Source: Sphyrna mokarran
Taxonomy: Eukaryota
Length of the DNA stretch: 64,000 nt
Direction of reading: 5' to 3'
NCBI GenBank assembly: GCA_024679065.1
Contig: JAGIQG010000011.1
Coordinates: 48,298,001 to 48,362,000, forward strand
Part shown: positions 23,558 through 37,399 of the stretch, one piece after another
Layout: each line of letters starts with the position of its first letter
Position numbering within the stretch: the stretch's first letter is position 1
Position numbers and translations under genes: made by a program
The notes under the pieces: generated by a model
What the model was told of the DNA's origin: nothing
What the model saw: the letters and a program-made list of their open reading frames with translations, nothing else
Database searches by the model: none

Positions 23558-24501
23558 CCACTATGAAGTCATTAATTAATCCTATCTCATTGCACAATAC
23601 CAGGTCTAATATAGCCAGCTCTCTGGTTGATGTTAGATTGTGCTGTTCTAAAATTATCCTGAAAACATTCCATAGATTCTTTATCTGGGTTCCCTTTTCC
23701 CATCCAATTTTTCCACTCTATGTTGATTCAAATCCCTCGTGATTATCATTGTACCTTTCTGACAAGCTCCCATTATTTCTTCCTTTATAGCCTGTGTGGT
23801 TACTGTTAAGAGGCCTAAACATCAGTCCATCAAGTGACTTCTTGCCTTTATCATTTATCTTCTCTACACAAACTGCTTCTAGATATTGATTTCCAGAGAT
23901 TATTACTTTTGAAATTCTACTTTATAATTTGATGCCCCTTATACTCTCTATGCAGACTTTCTTTCCTAGCCTTACCTGTTGTTATCATTACTTGAACAAT
24001 AACCACTGGATTCTCCCTTTCCAAATACATGTTCCTCTGCGACCCGTAGCAAATATTCTGAACTCTGATATTGGGAGCACGGAAAATACAAGAAATTTTC
24101 CTCCCTTTTTTCCTCCTTCTGATTGAGGAATTGGCCCTGTTTCTTTGTAATTGTGCTCTTAACTTGCTATTTCAATGTATAAATACATATTTTAAAAAAT
24201 ATTTCCATCCTGAGCTTGTTGAGGCCAGGTCAAGGATATTCAGGTGTTATCTCACATGATTTGTGTCAATTAAAAGCTAAAGTTGGACTTCAAAATTATC
24301 TCTGGCAAAATGTTAATGACATATTTTGAACATGAAGTTTGGGATAAGATTTATTTTACAGTGTAATATTTCCATCAGAGGCAACTGTGCCTGTAAGTAC
24401 AGCACTGATCTTACAGTTTGTAAGATCTTACTTTAATTGTTTGACATATTTTATTCATATGGCTAATTTTTAATTCAACATTTCCCATAGGAGTGGCAAG
24501 G

Positions 24502-24614
24502 ATGCCTTCTTCACAGAAATTTGGAGCTGTAGCACAACTTCCTGATATCCTGAAACAGTATACCAAAGACTGCATTAGGGCTCAGCCAGCAGACATTATT
24601 CAATGGTCTACAGA
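24502..24614 (+). CDS. ROPN1: Ropporin-1 coding exon 1 (RIIa-type dimerization/docking domain), MPSSQKFGAVAQLPDILKQYTKDCIRAQPADIIQWST(D)
   Basis: Acceptor ttcccatag| before 24491, ATG at 24502, donor GA|gtaggt (phase 2). Carries the LPDILKQYTK..IRAQP.DIIQW ropporin motif. Confidence 0.93.
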
Positions 24615-25046
24615 GTAGGTTACATTTGTAAGCTAAGTTTTTTAGAATGTATTTTTTACCTTAATCTCTTCCTCATGTATCCCCTAGAGGCTCTGGCCTT
24701 CATACAACCTTCCTATGTGATAAATGTGGTTGAAAAGCATAGTCTTTGCCATGATTTTGGACATGATTTTCACTCTACCAATTTAAAAGAAGCAGCAAGA
24801 ATAATCAGATGTACAAGTGCATTGTACAGAAAATATAAGAAGACATGATTTCTATTATCTAGTCTTCAGCTGATATATAATCAAATAAGGTATTGCTTGC
24901 AGGTCAACCATTGGTGCCAGCAAACATGCTGCAACCACTGGAATTGCACTTTATAGGAGAAACACTCAAACTTCCATGCAAAGGCATTTGTAAGATAGGG
25001 ACTAAGGGAGTGCACAAGGGTGATTAGTTGAACAGTATATGGTATG

Positions 25047-26930
25047 GTTAGCTATTCTCCAGTCCTCTGAGACCTCACCTGTGTCCAAAGAAGAGACAAA
25101 GATTTGCGTCAGAGGCCCAGCAATTTCACCTCGCGTCTCCCTAAGCAGTCTGGGATAAATGCCATCAGGCCCAGGAGATTTATCAGTTTTAATGCTAACT
25201 AGAAGCTCTAACACTTCCTCCCTCAGTACGGATATTTCCCTCAACTGGCCTACAGCTCCCTCAGAGACAGGACCAGTCAACAAGCCCCTCTCCTTCATGA
25301 ATGCCGACGCAAAGTATTCATTCAGGACCTCCCCCATTCCCTTGGGCTGTAAGCACAGTTCCTCTCCTCTGTCCCTAAGACGTCCAATTTTTCCTCTAAC
25401 CATCCTTTTATTCCTAACATAGGAGTAAAAAGCCTTTAGATTTTCCTTAATCCTATCCGCCAAAACCATTTCATACCCCCTTTTTGCCCTTCTAACTCCC
25501 CATGTGAGCTCCCTCCTACTCTCTCTATATTCCTCCAACGCTCTCTCCATTCCCAGCTGCTTTGACCTAACATACGAGTCTCTTTTCTTCCTAACCAAGT
25601 CCTCAATATCCCTAGTAATCCATGGCTCTCTAATCCTACCTTTCCTATCTTTCCTCTTAGCCGGCACATGTCTATCTTGTAACATTTTCAGTATTCCCTT
25701 GAAAGAATCCCACGTGCCTACTGTGGACATACCCTCGAACAACCGTTCCCAATCAGTTTCCATAAGTTCCTGCCTAATCCGACTGTAGTTAGCCTTCCCC
25801 CAATTCAGCACCCTCCCCGTAGGGCAACAAGCATCCTTTTCCATCTGTATCCTAAAATAGACAGAATTGTGGTGACTGTTAGCCACATGTTCCCCTACTA
25901 CAACATCAACCACCTGCCCTGGCTCATTACTCAGAACTAAATCCAATATAGCCCCCTCTCTAGTCGGAGTAGCCACATACTGCTCCAACGATCCTTCCAG
26001 TACACATTTTACAAATTCCTCCCCGTCCGAGCTCCCAGCTCTAGGTACCTTCCAATCCACCCCAGGAAGATTAAAATCTTTCTGCACCTATCCAAAATGT
26101 CTTTACGTATGCCTTCTTCAACTACCTGCGGGCTGTTGGGTGGCCTATAATACACCCCTAGCATAGTAATTGCCCCCTTCCTATTCCTCGACTCCACTCC
26201 TAACTCCTCTGTATTGTCCTCCCTCTGCACTGCTGTGATGCTCTCCCTAACTAACAACGCCACTCCCCCACCTCTTCTGGACCCACCTCTGTCATGCCTG
26301 AAACACTTTTACCCAGGAATATTCAGCTACCACTGCTCCCCTTCCTTTAACTATGTCTCCGTCACTGCAACCACATCCAAGTCCCTTGCAAACATTAAGG
26401 TCCTAAGTTCATCCGTTTTTCTTGTTATGATCCTCTCATTGAAACAGACACACCCCAGACCTCCAAGATCACTTGGAACCTCCTTCTCCCTGGTGTATTT
26501 CCTCTCATTCAAGCTTACTCTATCTTCCATCTCACTCCCTACCCAGCTATCGGTCTCATCCCTTCCTCCCCTCCATATTAGTTTAAACCCTGCCGAAACA
26601 CTCCAGCTAACCTCCCAGCTAAGATATTCACGCCTTTTCCATTTAAGTGTTCCCCGTCCCTTCTATACAGGTGCCCTTCTTTCACAAATACTTTCCAGTT
26701 ATTCACAAATACTTTCCAGTTATCCACAAATATAACACCCTCTGCCCTACACCAATCCTTCAGCCACGCATTCAGCTGTAGGATCTCATTTCTCCTGGCC
26801 CTGCTGTTACCCGGCCCAGGTAGCAGCCCTGAGATCGCCACCCTGGAGGCCCTACTCTTCAGTCTACCCCCCAACTCCCTGAACTGCCTTCATATATCCT
26901 CCCTGCTCTTCCTTCCTACATCCTTCTCTC
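25047..26930 (-). mobile_element. Internal CR1 fragment: ORF1 SGNH-esterase end, APE endonuclease and linker; frameshifted
   Basis: LNAWLKDWC..LYRRDG.HLN (ORF1); GVYYRPPN, DFNLP, PTREGAILDLVL, KSPGPDGIYPRLL, DWRIAN. Confidence 0.92.
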
Positions 26931-28735
26931 TTATGTGAATAATCACATCCGCCTGGGTCCCCTCACCCTTCAAAATGCCCAATCTGATGTCAACCCTCTC
27001 CACCATATCTACCAGACAATTACTTCACAATGTCATCTTTATGTCCCTATAGGCGAAGATCACCCATTGCAAGAGAGAGTGGCAGAAAACAAGCGGGGTG
27101 GGGGGGTACCCAAGATTAGAATGCTTACCCACTTTAACAAGAGGACAGTGCACTTCATGAGGGAATCCCATAACTAAGCCTTGGCAGACAGTGAGATTGG
27201 CATGCGCCAAAGAAGTGAAAGTCCACTGCTCCTTTAATGTTAGATATTTTAGTAGTTGCATGATTATGTTAAGAGGTCACATGTCTTGATCATGAGATTA
27301 TTAGGTATTGTTATTTTGAATTTACATGTGCAAACCATATATTTTCTTTTTATTTAAAATCAACAACCACTAACAAAATTAGGATATTACAAAAACAAAA
27401 TTGGCAATGAGTCTGGATTTTGTTTGATGAACACATGGATTAAAAATCCTAAGCAGAAAAAAAAATTATGGCCCTTGAACTTCGAATACTACAAGGCTAG
27501 GGAAAATCAACAACAGAATTAAAGATTGAAGGGCCAGTGAAGACTCAAGTGAAGAAAGAAAAGGCGGAAAATATTTGCATTTATTACTGGGGAAAAAATA
27601 TAGGGCAGACTTGTCTCAGCTGCACATTGCAATACATAGCTGCAGGGTGAGAGACTCACAGTGCACTTGAATAAAGGTGGATGCTCTCTGTGTAGTTTTA
27701 AAAGAGAGAATTTTTCTGGTCAGAGAAAGATGAGATTCCAGGCAATATCTGGCATATTTAAAAAGAAGTGATGCTTTGCTGTACAGCTGGATCACTTGGA
27801 AAAAAAGTCAAGTCAATGATCTTCAGAGTAACAAGGGAGTACTGGCAAGACGCTAAAAACATATATACTGAGCAGTTCAAGCCATTAGTGCCTGCAGAAG
27901 AAATGGTGGATCAATTAGGATCAGTGGGCCTTTCCAATTAAGAAAATGAATCATGGAGTTCCTATATGGAGCAGTTTCAATACTTTGTACTTGCAAATAA
28001 ATTTGAAAACAAGTTGCTTTTACCAACTTTTCTCAGTACAATTGGAAGTAAAATCTTCAATTTGCTCAGCAGCTTGGTTCACCCAACAAAGCCAAGGACC
28101 AAAACTTAACAAAGATCTTTGCAAAGCCACTGATCACTGTCGAACTGTTCAAGTTTCACTGAAGGAATAAAGTAGAAGGTGAAGGCATTGCCCACTTGGT
28201 GGCACCTTTAAAAAGACTAGCACAACATGATGAGTTAATGATTCATTAGAAAATACTCCTTGAGATTGTCTGTGCTTTTCGAAATAAAGCTATCCAAAGA
28301 AGATTCCTTCCTGAAAATGCTTTGATTTTAAAAATAGCAATCACAATATCAATGCAATTGGCTATGAATGAGGTTTCATAATTTGATGCAGCAGTGAAAA
28401 TCCACAAGCTGGGAACTGCCAGTAAGAAGTCAAAACAGCACCAAGCATATCACAGATATGTGAAAATGGGCCATTCAGTGAATGAATGTCAGGGTAAGGA
28501 TAGTCAATGCAAGAATTGTGGCAAAATGAGTCACATTACAAAAGAATGTTGGGCTAGACCAACTTTTCCTGAGAACAATATTCAGAAGAAGTATCTCTGT
28601 AACTTAAAAAACAAGTTGAATTCTACAAAAATAACTTGCAATATGGTTGAAAAGAATTACCAACAGTGAACAATAGGATATGCAGAAATATGATGAAGAG
28701 CTCCAATTGAACATCATATCTGTACACAGTGAATC

Positions 28736-29530
28736 AAAGAACAAAGAACAATACAGTGCAGGAAACAGGCCCTTCAGCTCTCCAAGCCTGTGCCGCTCAT
28801 TGGTCCAAGTAGACCATTCATTTGATTCCCTCTGTTCCCAGTCTGCTCATGTGACAATCCAGGTAAGTCTTAAACAATGCCAGCTGTCTGCGTCCACCAC
28901 CCTACTTAGCAATGTATTCCGGGCCCCCACCATCCTTTGTGTAAAAAATGTCCCTCTGATATCTGAGTTGTACCTCGCCTTTCTCACCTTGAGCCCATGA
29001 TCCCTTGTGATCATCACTTCTGACCAGGGAAAAAGTTTCCCATTGCTCACCTTATCTATACCCTTCATAATTTTGTACACCTCTATTAGGTCTTCCCTCA
29101 TTCTTCATCTTTCCAGGGAGAACAATCCCAGTTTACCCAATCTCTCCTCATAGCTAAGACTCTCCAGACCAGGCAACATTCTAGCAAACCTCCTCTGCAC
29201 CCTCTCTAAAGCCTACACGTCCTTCTGGTAATGCGGCAACCAGAATTAGACGCAGTTCTCCAAATGTGGCCTAATGTTCTACGCAGCTACAACATCAGAC
29301 TCCAGCTTTTACACTCTATACCCCATCCTATAAAGGCAAGCATATCATATGCTTTCTTCACCATCTTCTCTGCCTGCGCTACCACCTTCAAGGATTTGTG
29401 GACTTGCACACCCAGGTCCCTCTGTGTTTCTATACTCTTGATGATTCTGCTATTTATTACAGAACTCCCCCCTACATTAGTTCTTCCAAAATGCATCACT
29501 TTGCATTTATCTGGATTAAATTCCATCTGT
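28736..29530 (-). mobile_element. CR1 3' fragment nested in the Gypsy between gag and protease; short 3' UTR
   Basis: MEFNPDKCKVMHFG..RDLGVQVHKSLKV; (TGTTCTT) tail at 28736. Confidence 0.92.
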
Positions 29531-29950
29531 TACATATTAAATTCACATAGACTCTGGGTAAATCCGAAGTTAAGTGAACTACCAAATAGGATGGAAGTTG
29601 ATACTGGTGCTGCTGTAACTTTACTTCCTGAGACTACATACTAACAAAAGCTGAAATATCTTCCTTTAAAACCAACTGATTTGATCTGAAGACATACCTG
29701 GAAGGGATTATGCCCTTAAAAGATTATATCATGGTTAACGCAGAATTGAATGGACAAAGAAGACTTGCCTTTCCACGTGATTCATGATAATTTTCCACCT
29801 CTATTTGGGAGATAATGGTTGAACTTGACTGTCAACAGATTGGTCGATGCCAAAACAGACCTACAACACTTTCTAGATAAACATAAGAGTGTACTCGAAG
29901 AGATATTTGACTCAATGAAGGAAGTTCAAGTAAAACTCAAGATAAAGCCT

Positions 29951-30110
29951 GAAACAAAAACAGAAAATTCTGGAAAATTTCAGCAGGTCTAATAGCATCT
30001 TCTAGACTCAAAACTTGGCTCTTCCCAGAGATACGGTCAGACGTGCTGAGATTTTCCAGCATTTTCTGATTTTATTTCAGTTTCTAGCATCTGTAGTATT
30101 TTGCTTTTAT
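29951..30110. repeat. Short palindromic Penelope-type terminal-repeat relic nested in Gypsy pol
   Basis: aaaacagaaaattctggaaaatttcagca / tgctgagattttccagcattttctgatttt; same family as 2340-2475. Confidence 0.6.
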
Positions 30111-32589
30111 CAAGGTAAAGCCTAATAGTCAACTAAAAAGTCTCAAGGCAAGAGTTGTGCCAGATGCAATTCATCCCAAGTTTGAAAAAGAATTAATACG
30201 ACTTGTTAACATTGATATGTTAGGGCTGGTTACAATGAGTGACAGGGCTACTCCAATTGTACCTGTCATGAAACCATATGTTCAGTTTGTGGTGATTTTA
30301 AAAAACCATAAATACAGTGTTGTGTGCAGATCAATATCCTCTTCTATTAGTTGAAGATTTATTTGCTGGGTTGTAAGGTAGGCAGAAATTCAGCAAGATT
30401 GATCTTCCATAAGCATATTTATTGATGAATGCAGCAGCTGAATCTCAACCATTGCTTACCATTGTTACTCATAAAAGTCTTTTTCATCATAAAAAAATTG
30501 CCTTTTCGAATAACATCCACACCAGTCCTATTGCAAACATCAATGGATCAAATTTTAAGTGGATTCTCTGTGTACAATGTTATCTGGATAATATTCTAAT
30601 TACAGGCTCCAGTGGACAAGAGCACTTGAATATTGTAATATTGCTTTTCACATTATCATTGATTCTTAACTTCTACGTTTGGGCAGTATAAAGGCATACC
30701 TTCATTAGCTGCAAGTTGATCATAAAGATGATCACTGATCTTATCTGCGCACTTTTACAATATAAAGTACTGTCAATCAGAGACATGCTAATGCAGTTGC
30801 ACTGTCATGCTTATCTTTACCTATTGAGCAGATGTCACCAAGTAGTTTTGTTAATATTCTTTACTTTTTGCGAGTAGTTCATTTGCCTGTGACAGCTTCT
30901 CAAATTCAGGGAGATATCTGAAATGATTCCATGATGAGGAAGGTGATGGATATGATAGTAAAAGAAGTAATAGCTAGAATGCATTGTAGTACACATCCAT
31001 ATTTGAAACCATATGTGTCAACAAAGCTTGAGTTGACATCGAAGGTGGGTATCCCTTGTGGGGGATCAGAGTGATCATTTCTCCCAGTCTGCCTAGAAGA
31101 GTTCTTGAACAACTAAATGAAAGATATCCTGATATAGTCCAGATGAAGGAAGCAGCAAATAGTTATTTTTGCTGCCAGCTCCAGATGCTCATATTGAAGA
31201 AGAGGGATAGTGTTAATCCTGTTCACAATAAAGAAATGCACCACTGTTGTCTCCTTTAAGCTCTCAGGAGTGGCTTAAAATGCCATGTCAGTGACTATAT
31301 ATTGATTTTGCTGGTCACTTTGAGACTTACATGTTCTTAAGTCATAATTGATGCACACTCAAAATGGCCAGAAGTTATCATGAGATTTACTATATCTGAA
31401 CAAACCATTGAAACTTGACAAATGTTTTGCAAAATTTGGTAAACTGGAACAGATTGTAAGTGATAATGGTTCACAACTTACTTCACTCGAGTTTGAAGTA
31501 TTAAAGTTAATGGTTTTCTGCATATAAATTCTACACATTATCATCCACAAACCAATGTATTAGCTGAAAGATTCATACAATCTTTGAAACATTCTTCAAA
31601 ACCTTCAAAGTAACCAGGTTCATTATCACATTGTGTGGATAGTTTTTTGGTACCTTACAGAATCACTATTCATGTGATTATCCAAAGTTCACCTGCATTA
31701 CAACTCTTAAAGAGAAAGTCGAGAATTATGTTTGATTTGTTATTATCTCCAGAAGCTTCAAAGATAGAGCATCAACAACAATCTCAAATTACTAGATGAA
31801 ATGTAAAGGGAAAATAACACTCATTTCACCAAGGAGATTGAAAGTTTAGCAAAAACATATCCAATTTCTGACACAGTTCAAACTGAAGATGAACTAGTTT
31901 GGCGATGCCATGCTGACCAATTGTTGTCATCTCAAAATGATTTCTTGGAATCATTGCCAGAAGTATCAACTTCTTTAGCCCTTAGTATTGTGAATACTAC
32001 TACTGACGACTTAGTTGAATCTGAGTTGCCTGATGATTGTGTCTATGCTACTATACATCATGAGAATGATGCAGAATAGTTCCAAGAGAAGAAGTGGCTA
32101 CAGAAGTTTCAAATCATACTTCTAGAGTCAAGGACAGCCAAATTCCAGAATGTTGTATACAATCAAAGAGGAATAGACATCCTCCTGATTGTCTATCTTG
32201 TTGACCATAGATAATGATTAATAATGCATAGTATTGTGTGCAAGTACTGTTGATCTTATGTATAACAACATGGTAATTTCTAGTTATGACACAGAAATAA
32301 AGGGGAAGGGATAAAATATATTTAAGTGATTATATGACTGCTTTAAGAGTAATGATATGGCTTGATCATGAGGGTACTGAATGTTTCATAAGCTTTTGTC
32401 TTAGTTTCATTTTCTATTCGTGCAGAGAACATCTAATTCAATAAACCTTTTTGTGTTATTTTTAATCTTTGTTTGCAAACCATATTTTTCATTTTTGCCT
32501 TAATTCCACAATCCCTACTATGGTTAATCATTACAATCAAAATGACCTGTCTCAAGCGAGTTTCTTTTCTACCACCTGCTTGCCTTAGC

Positions 32590-35520
32590 CAAATGCTGAC
32601 ACCCCCCCCTCCATGTCCTTTGTCTTTCAGGATCTCTAACTCATCTGGGGTCACTATCCCTCCCACAAACCCCTTAGAGGACTCCACAGCACAACTCTGA
32701 GGAGGACACCGAGCTCTCACCACTGCTTTCACCAACACCATCAAACTGCACAGAGACACTTACCTCAGTGGGACGTGTTAGTGAACAGGCTTCTGGGTCA
32801 TTTTCTGGAGTGCACCACATGGCTGCTGAAGCACATCAAGTGGAGGCAAAAACATTCAAAGAAGTGGGCAGTCGGAGGACCCAGGATCCCAGCAAACAGC
32901 TGTTTCAAAGCCAGATATCGGACCTATGGAAAAGGTCTTCCTATCACTGATAGAGATGCAAATATGGAGCAAATCTTTGGAGGGGGTATCAGCGACTTTC
33001 CAGCAAATGCAACACCAATTGAAGTAATCTGGAAGCCTGCTTTTGCAGAAGATGGCAAAACACGGCAAGGGTGGCATCCGCAGTGGAAAGCCTCAGACAA
33101 GATGTCTGAGCCATGTCTAATGATGTCCAAAGCTTGGCTCATTTTATGATATCCATGGCTGAGGCGCAAGACTGCAGGGCCCAGTCACATCATGACTTCA
33201 GTACTGGTCAACATTGCTGAGGCACTCCACAGTTTGACTCACTCACACAGGATTATGGCTGAGAGCAATGAGTGCATTTCCCAGTGGCAGAGGGCCATGC
33301 TAAGGGTTCTGCCACTATGGTTAAGGCATTGGTGGGTCTCCAGGGCTGGCAGTATTAGGTAACTCAGAGCCTTCTGGAGCTCACTCCAGCTGCGCCTTCA
33401 TCCCATGGAATAGTGGGAAGAGCGAATCCCGGGGCCTTGCACCAAGGCACTCTCCAGACCTTCTGTGTTCCCCTTTCCTGACACTCTCTCATGTCCTGGG
33501 CAACAGGCAGACCACGGTGACTTGTGACCTGTGATACCTGAAAGGTCACTAATGCCCTTCAGGTCTAGGCACTCCAGATGATGCCAGCCAAGGGCAGCAC
33601 AGGCCAGAAGATGCGGAATGCAGGAGGCTACCTCTACCTCTGATGTGCTTTCTGGGAACACACCTAAAAGAAGTGAGAAGTCAGGAAAGTTAAGAAGGTA
33701 GAGGACCACTGAGTTGGCACAGGTGAAGACACAGAAATATAGTTAAGGAAAAAAGGTACTGATTGTAAAAAACAACAATTAACATGTTTGCATTTTGAAA
33801 CTAACATCCCTGTCACTGTTAATGTTTCCCTTGAGGGTAGGAAAGGGCTGATCTCCTCCTCTAACCTTTGAAATTCCCACATGCCTCCAGCTTCACCAAC
33901 TTGACAGCCCATGAGACCAATCCCAGTCATCCTCGTATGGCAACCTTACCAGTTCATTAGCCCAGACTTAGTGGCATTTCTCCTTCCCCTTTCCTCACCA
34001 TGGCCCAGAAGAAAATGCTTCCATCTCACACAGGCATGAGGTGGGAGGTGGGAGGTCAGTTGAGCTAACATGGGAGGTCATAAGATTCTGGGGAGCACTA
34101 CAGTTTCCCTCACAGTGAGTCATCATTACCCTCTTTTTGACACTATTATCTTAGAACCATCACCCTAGTGTTATGTCAAATACACACTTGGAGGTGGAGA
34201 GGGGGAGTACTGCTAATGGGAAGGAGGAAGTGAAGCTGTAGCAATGTTCAGAGGTTGGGTTTATAATAGGTCTCTGACAAGTGCAAAAGGGGTTGGGGAG
34301 GAGGGTTCTGCAATGGTGGAGGGGGAAGAAGGGATTGGGCAAGGCAGGATTTAAGGATTACAGGGATGGGGTAGTTTAAGCTGCCTGACAAAGAGCCTCC
34401 TAGGTGAGTAATCTGGAGGCTTTGAGGGCCTGCCTGCTTCTATCCTCCATCTTCTGGAATGTTATTAGGTTGTCCTCAATCCCATCCTGGTCCTCCTTCT
34501 CCCCCGACAAATTCATATGTTCCTTAGCCTCCTCCTCCATCATGTCATTCTGCTGCTGTGTCAGGTTGTGCAGGACACAGCATGCGACCACTATTCGCAA
34601 CTCCCTCTGGGGGCTGTATTGGAATGCCCAACAGAGTATAGACTGTAGGCCCGTACACTGCTCAGTGACATACCTGGTAGCAGAAACAGTCAGCCTACCG
34701 TCTTTGGACCCTCAAGTCTATCTAACTCCCATCATCATCTTGCATCTGAAAATTGACCATTCCTGCTTCCCAGCACAGCTTTGAAGAGCTGCTGCCCAAA
34801 ACAGGTAGCTTACACAGTCATGGTCTCTGCTCCTTGGTACCTCAGTGTCACTTATGGTTTCATCATCTGGGGGTGATTCCTATCATTAGTGCTATTGCAA
34901 ATTATTTTCCACTGAAAGTGGAAGGCCCTGTTTGCCCCCAAACCTCTTCGATCCATCAGTGCATTCATGTGAGCAATGATGCAAGAGCATCAGGTGAGCC
35001 CTCATAATGCCTGAACTGCGAGCCTCCAGCCTTGCCTATGACTGTCTCTTCTCCTAAGCCTTCCTTGCAATATTGAGGATGAATTATCAATGATGACAGA
35101 CAGGTGATAAGAGGTTTAAGGCTAGCAGGAATATAAGAGGATGGAAAACTGGTGCATGATCTGAATTGAATATCATGAACATCATGCCACCTTATTCCTG
35201 GCATTTTGCCACTCTCACAGGACAGCCACTGTGAGACTTCTCACTTCAATGATGAACCACTGTGTTCCCTCTCCACAACCACAACCACTCTCGCCCAGCC
35301 CCCTACCTGGACTACCGATACTGACTCATTTACAGGGCCCTTGCTGGAAAAGGTTTCAATCCTCACAATCCTTTCTGCCAAAATCAGGAGCATTATCCCA
35401 CAGAGAGGGCTCTGTGGTCCTCATGCTGCGTTTCCTAGGGAGTCAAAAGCGGGTGGGGTGGGGGAGCTGATAGAAAGACCAGTGTGCCTTTTTGTGTGAG
35501 CTATGGTCGATGCTTGTGTA
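32590..35520. mobile_element. Decayed PIF/Harbinger element (transposase on - strand, probable accessory gene on + strand)
   Basis: 34400-34620 minus reads RIVVACCVLHNL plus an acidic stretch, typical of the Harbinger transposase C-terminus. Confidence 0.65.
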
Positions 35521-36020
35521 GTGGAGATGCTAATATTGTGCTCTGCTGCCAGATGCTAAAGTTAAACCACAGCCTAAAGATGAATTAAAGATGTGAGAAG
35601 AGTTGTCACTGGTTTAAAGACAAGTAGGATTACAAAGTTGTGATGCTTTCTAGAAAGGATCATTAATATTGTGCCCAAACAATGAGGCGGGACTGACCAG
35701 CTGCATTGGTGAGAGACAGAGCATCTCAAGCTTGATGGAACATGAACTGAGTGTTTCAGTAGGAGATGTTTATTCTGACCTGCCTATGACTATTATGACA
35801 GTCATAGGCAAGGCTGGAGGCTCGCAGTTCAGGCATTGTGAGGGCTCACCTGATGCTCTTGTATCATTGCTCACATGAATGCACTGATGGACCGAAGAGG
35901 TTTGGGGGCAAACAGGGCCTTCCACTTTCAGTGGAAAATAATTTGCAATAGCACTAATGATAGGAATCACCCCCAGATGATGAAACCATAAGTGACACTG
36001 AGGTACCAAGGAGCAGAGAC
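34823..36020. repeat. Inverted repeat, 224 bp arms (34823-35046 / 35797-36020)
   Basis: Arms are reverse complements with about 3 mismatches. Confidence 0.95.
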
Positions 36021-37399
36021 TGTTGGCCAGAAACAGTTTGAGCTGCTATTGAGCCATCTGGTCTTTGTATAAATAAGACTTTTGTAATTCCTATTTGAGT
36101 TGTGATTCAAAGAAGGTCTAAGACCACACCTGGGTCTCAAGCAAGGATATCCCACATTTGGAATGGAGTGCAAAAAAACTACAAGGAAGATTTTGCAAGT
36201 TCCATGGCTTTGTGAGAGGTAGGAGACTTCAAAGATCTCACGAGGCAACGAAGCATCAATACTATTACCAGTAAGGTGCCTGAAACGAACATCTGAAGAG
36301 TGATCTGCTTCTCTGTCATATCAACATGAGATAGCCCAGTCAGATGATCCTCATTCCACCTGAGGTCATGCCCTTCCTTCCAGCACAAGCCCCCATATTC
36401 CAGTTCACTTGAGTGATTCCCCCTCTAAATACCAGAAGAATGTTTAAAAGGATACTGACCTCCTTGATCCCCCTTGGAGTCCAAGGTGGCTGGTCCCCAC
36501 TTTTCAAAATCTGTACTAAATTTGCCTGCATGATTTGTCACTAGGAAGGGGTGAGAGATGGTAGAGCATCCCAGGCAGCTGGTGAATTGGGATTCCAGCC
36601 AGTTAAACATATTTGGGTGGGAACCTGATCATTGGAGTTGATAAGATGAATACTGAGAGGTTGTGGGCATGGTAACTGACAGAGCTAGCATTTTCTCTAT
36701 TTAAGATGCAGGACCAGCTATTTTTATCATTCTGTTCACTTTTCTTTGTTCCCAGATTCTTATAGACTGAACTATGTGTGTGATTTTCAAGAAAATCTTA
36801 AAAAGTCAATGCTATAACATGCTCTTTTGGCATATTCCTCTCTCAAAGCCCATTTCCATGGCAAGCCGAATCATATGGGCTTTATATCCAGGAAGAAATG
36901 CTGAATCTCTATCATTTAGATGCCCAAATCCATTCGATATTGGAAGTAAATGAACAGTTTAAAATATAACCAGTTACTAAATCTGACATGATTTGTCATG
37001 CCACCTCACTAAACCTGACCTGTTTATCTACTATCTGCACAGCTGGCCTTGTCATTGTTTACAGGTATGAATAACTTACACCTTCTTCCCAGTAAGACCA
37101 CTTGGGCTCTCTTCAACCATTGGTAAGCAAACCGCCAAAACTTGTTGTCAGGCAGAATTAATCTTCTATTTTACCTGAAATTAAACAGGCAGTCCCAAAG
37201 CATAACAATCATACAAACTTTACAGTTCTAACAACATTACTAGCCTTCCTTTGTCCTTTTGCAGTTGATTAACATTATTCTCATTGTTTGCCACTTCCCT
37301 AAATTTGGTGTTATTGGAAAATTTTAATAATGTGTTAGATAATCCAGTATTCAAATTTGCTTATAGATGGCAGAAAAAGCAATAGTCCTAGCACTGACA

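Larger units (their letters stand above)
27238..32520 (+). mobile_element. Decayed Gypsy LTR retrotransposon (gag-PR-RT-IN) with two diverged LTRs
   Basis: LTR-like blocks ~27238-27375 and ~32311-32520 share cttgatcatgag and tgcaaaccatat; PBS-like tggcaatgag; PPT aaaggggaaggga; zinc knuckle CKNCGKMSHITKEC; EVDTGA; TPIVPVMKP; CYLDNILITG; integrase DAHSKWPEV, VSDNG. Confidence 0.85.
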
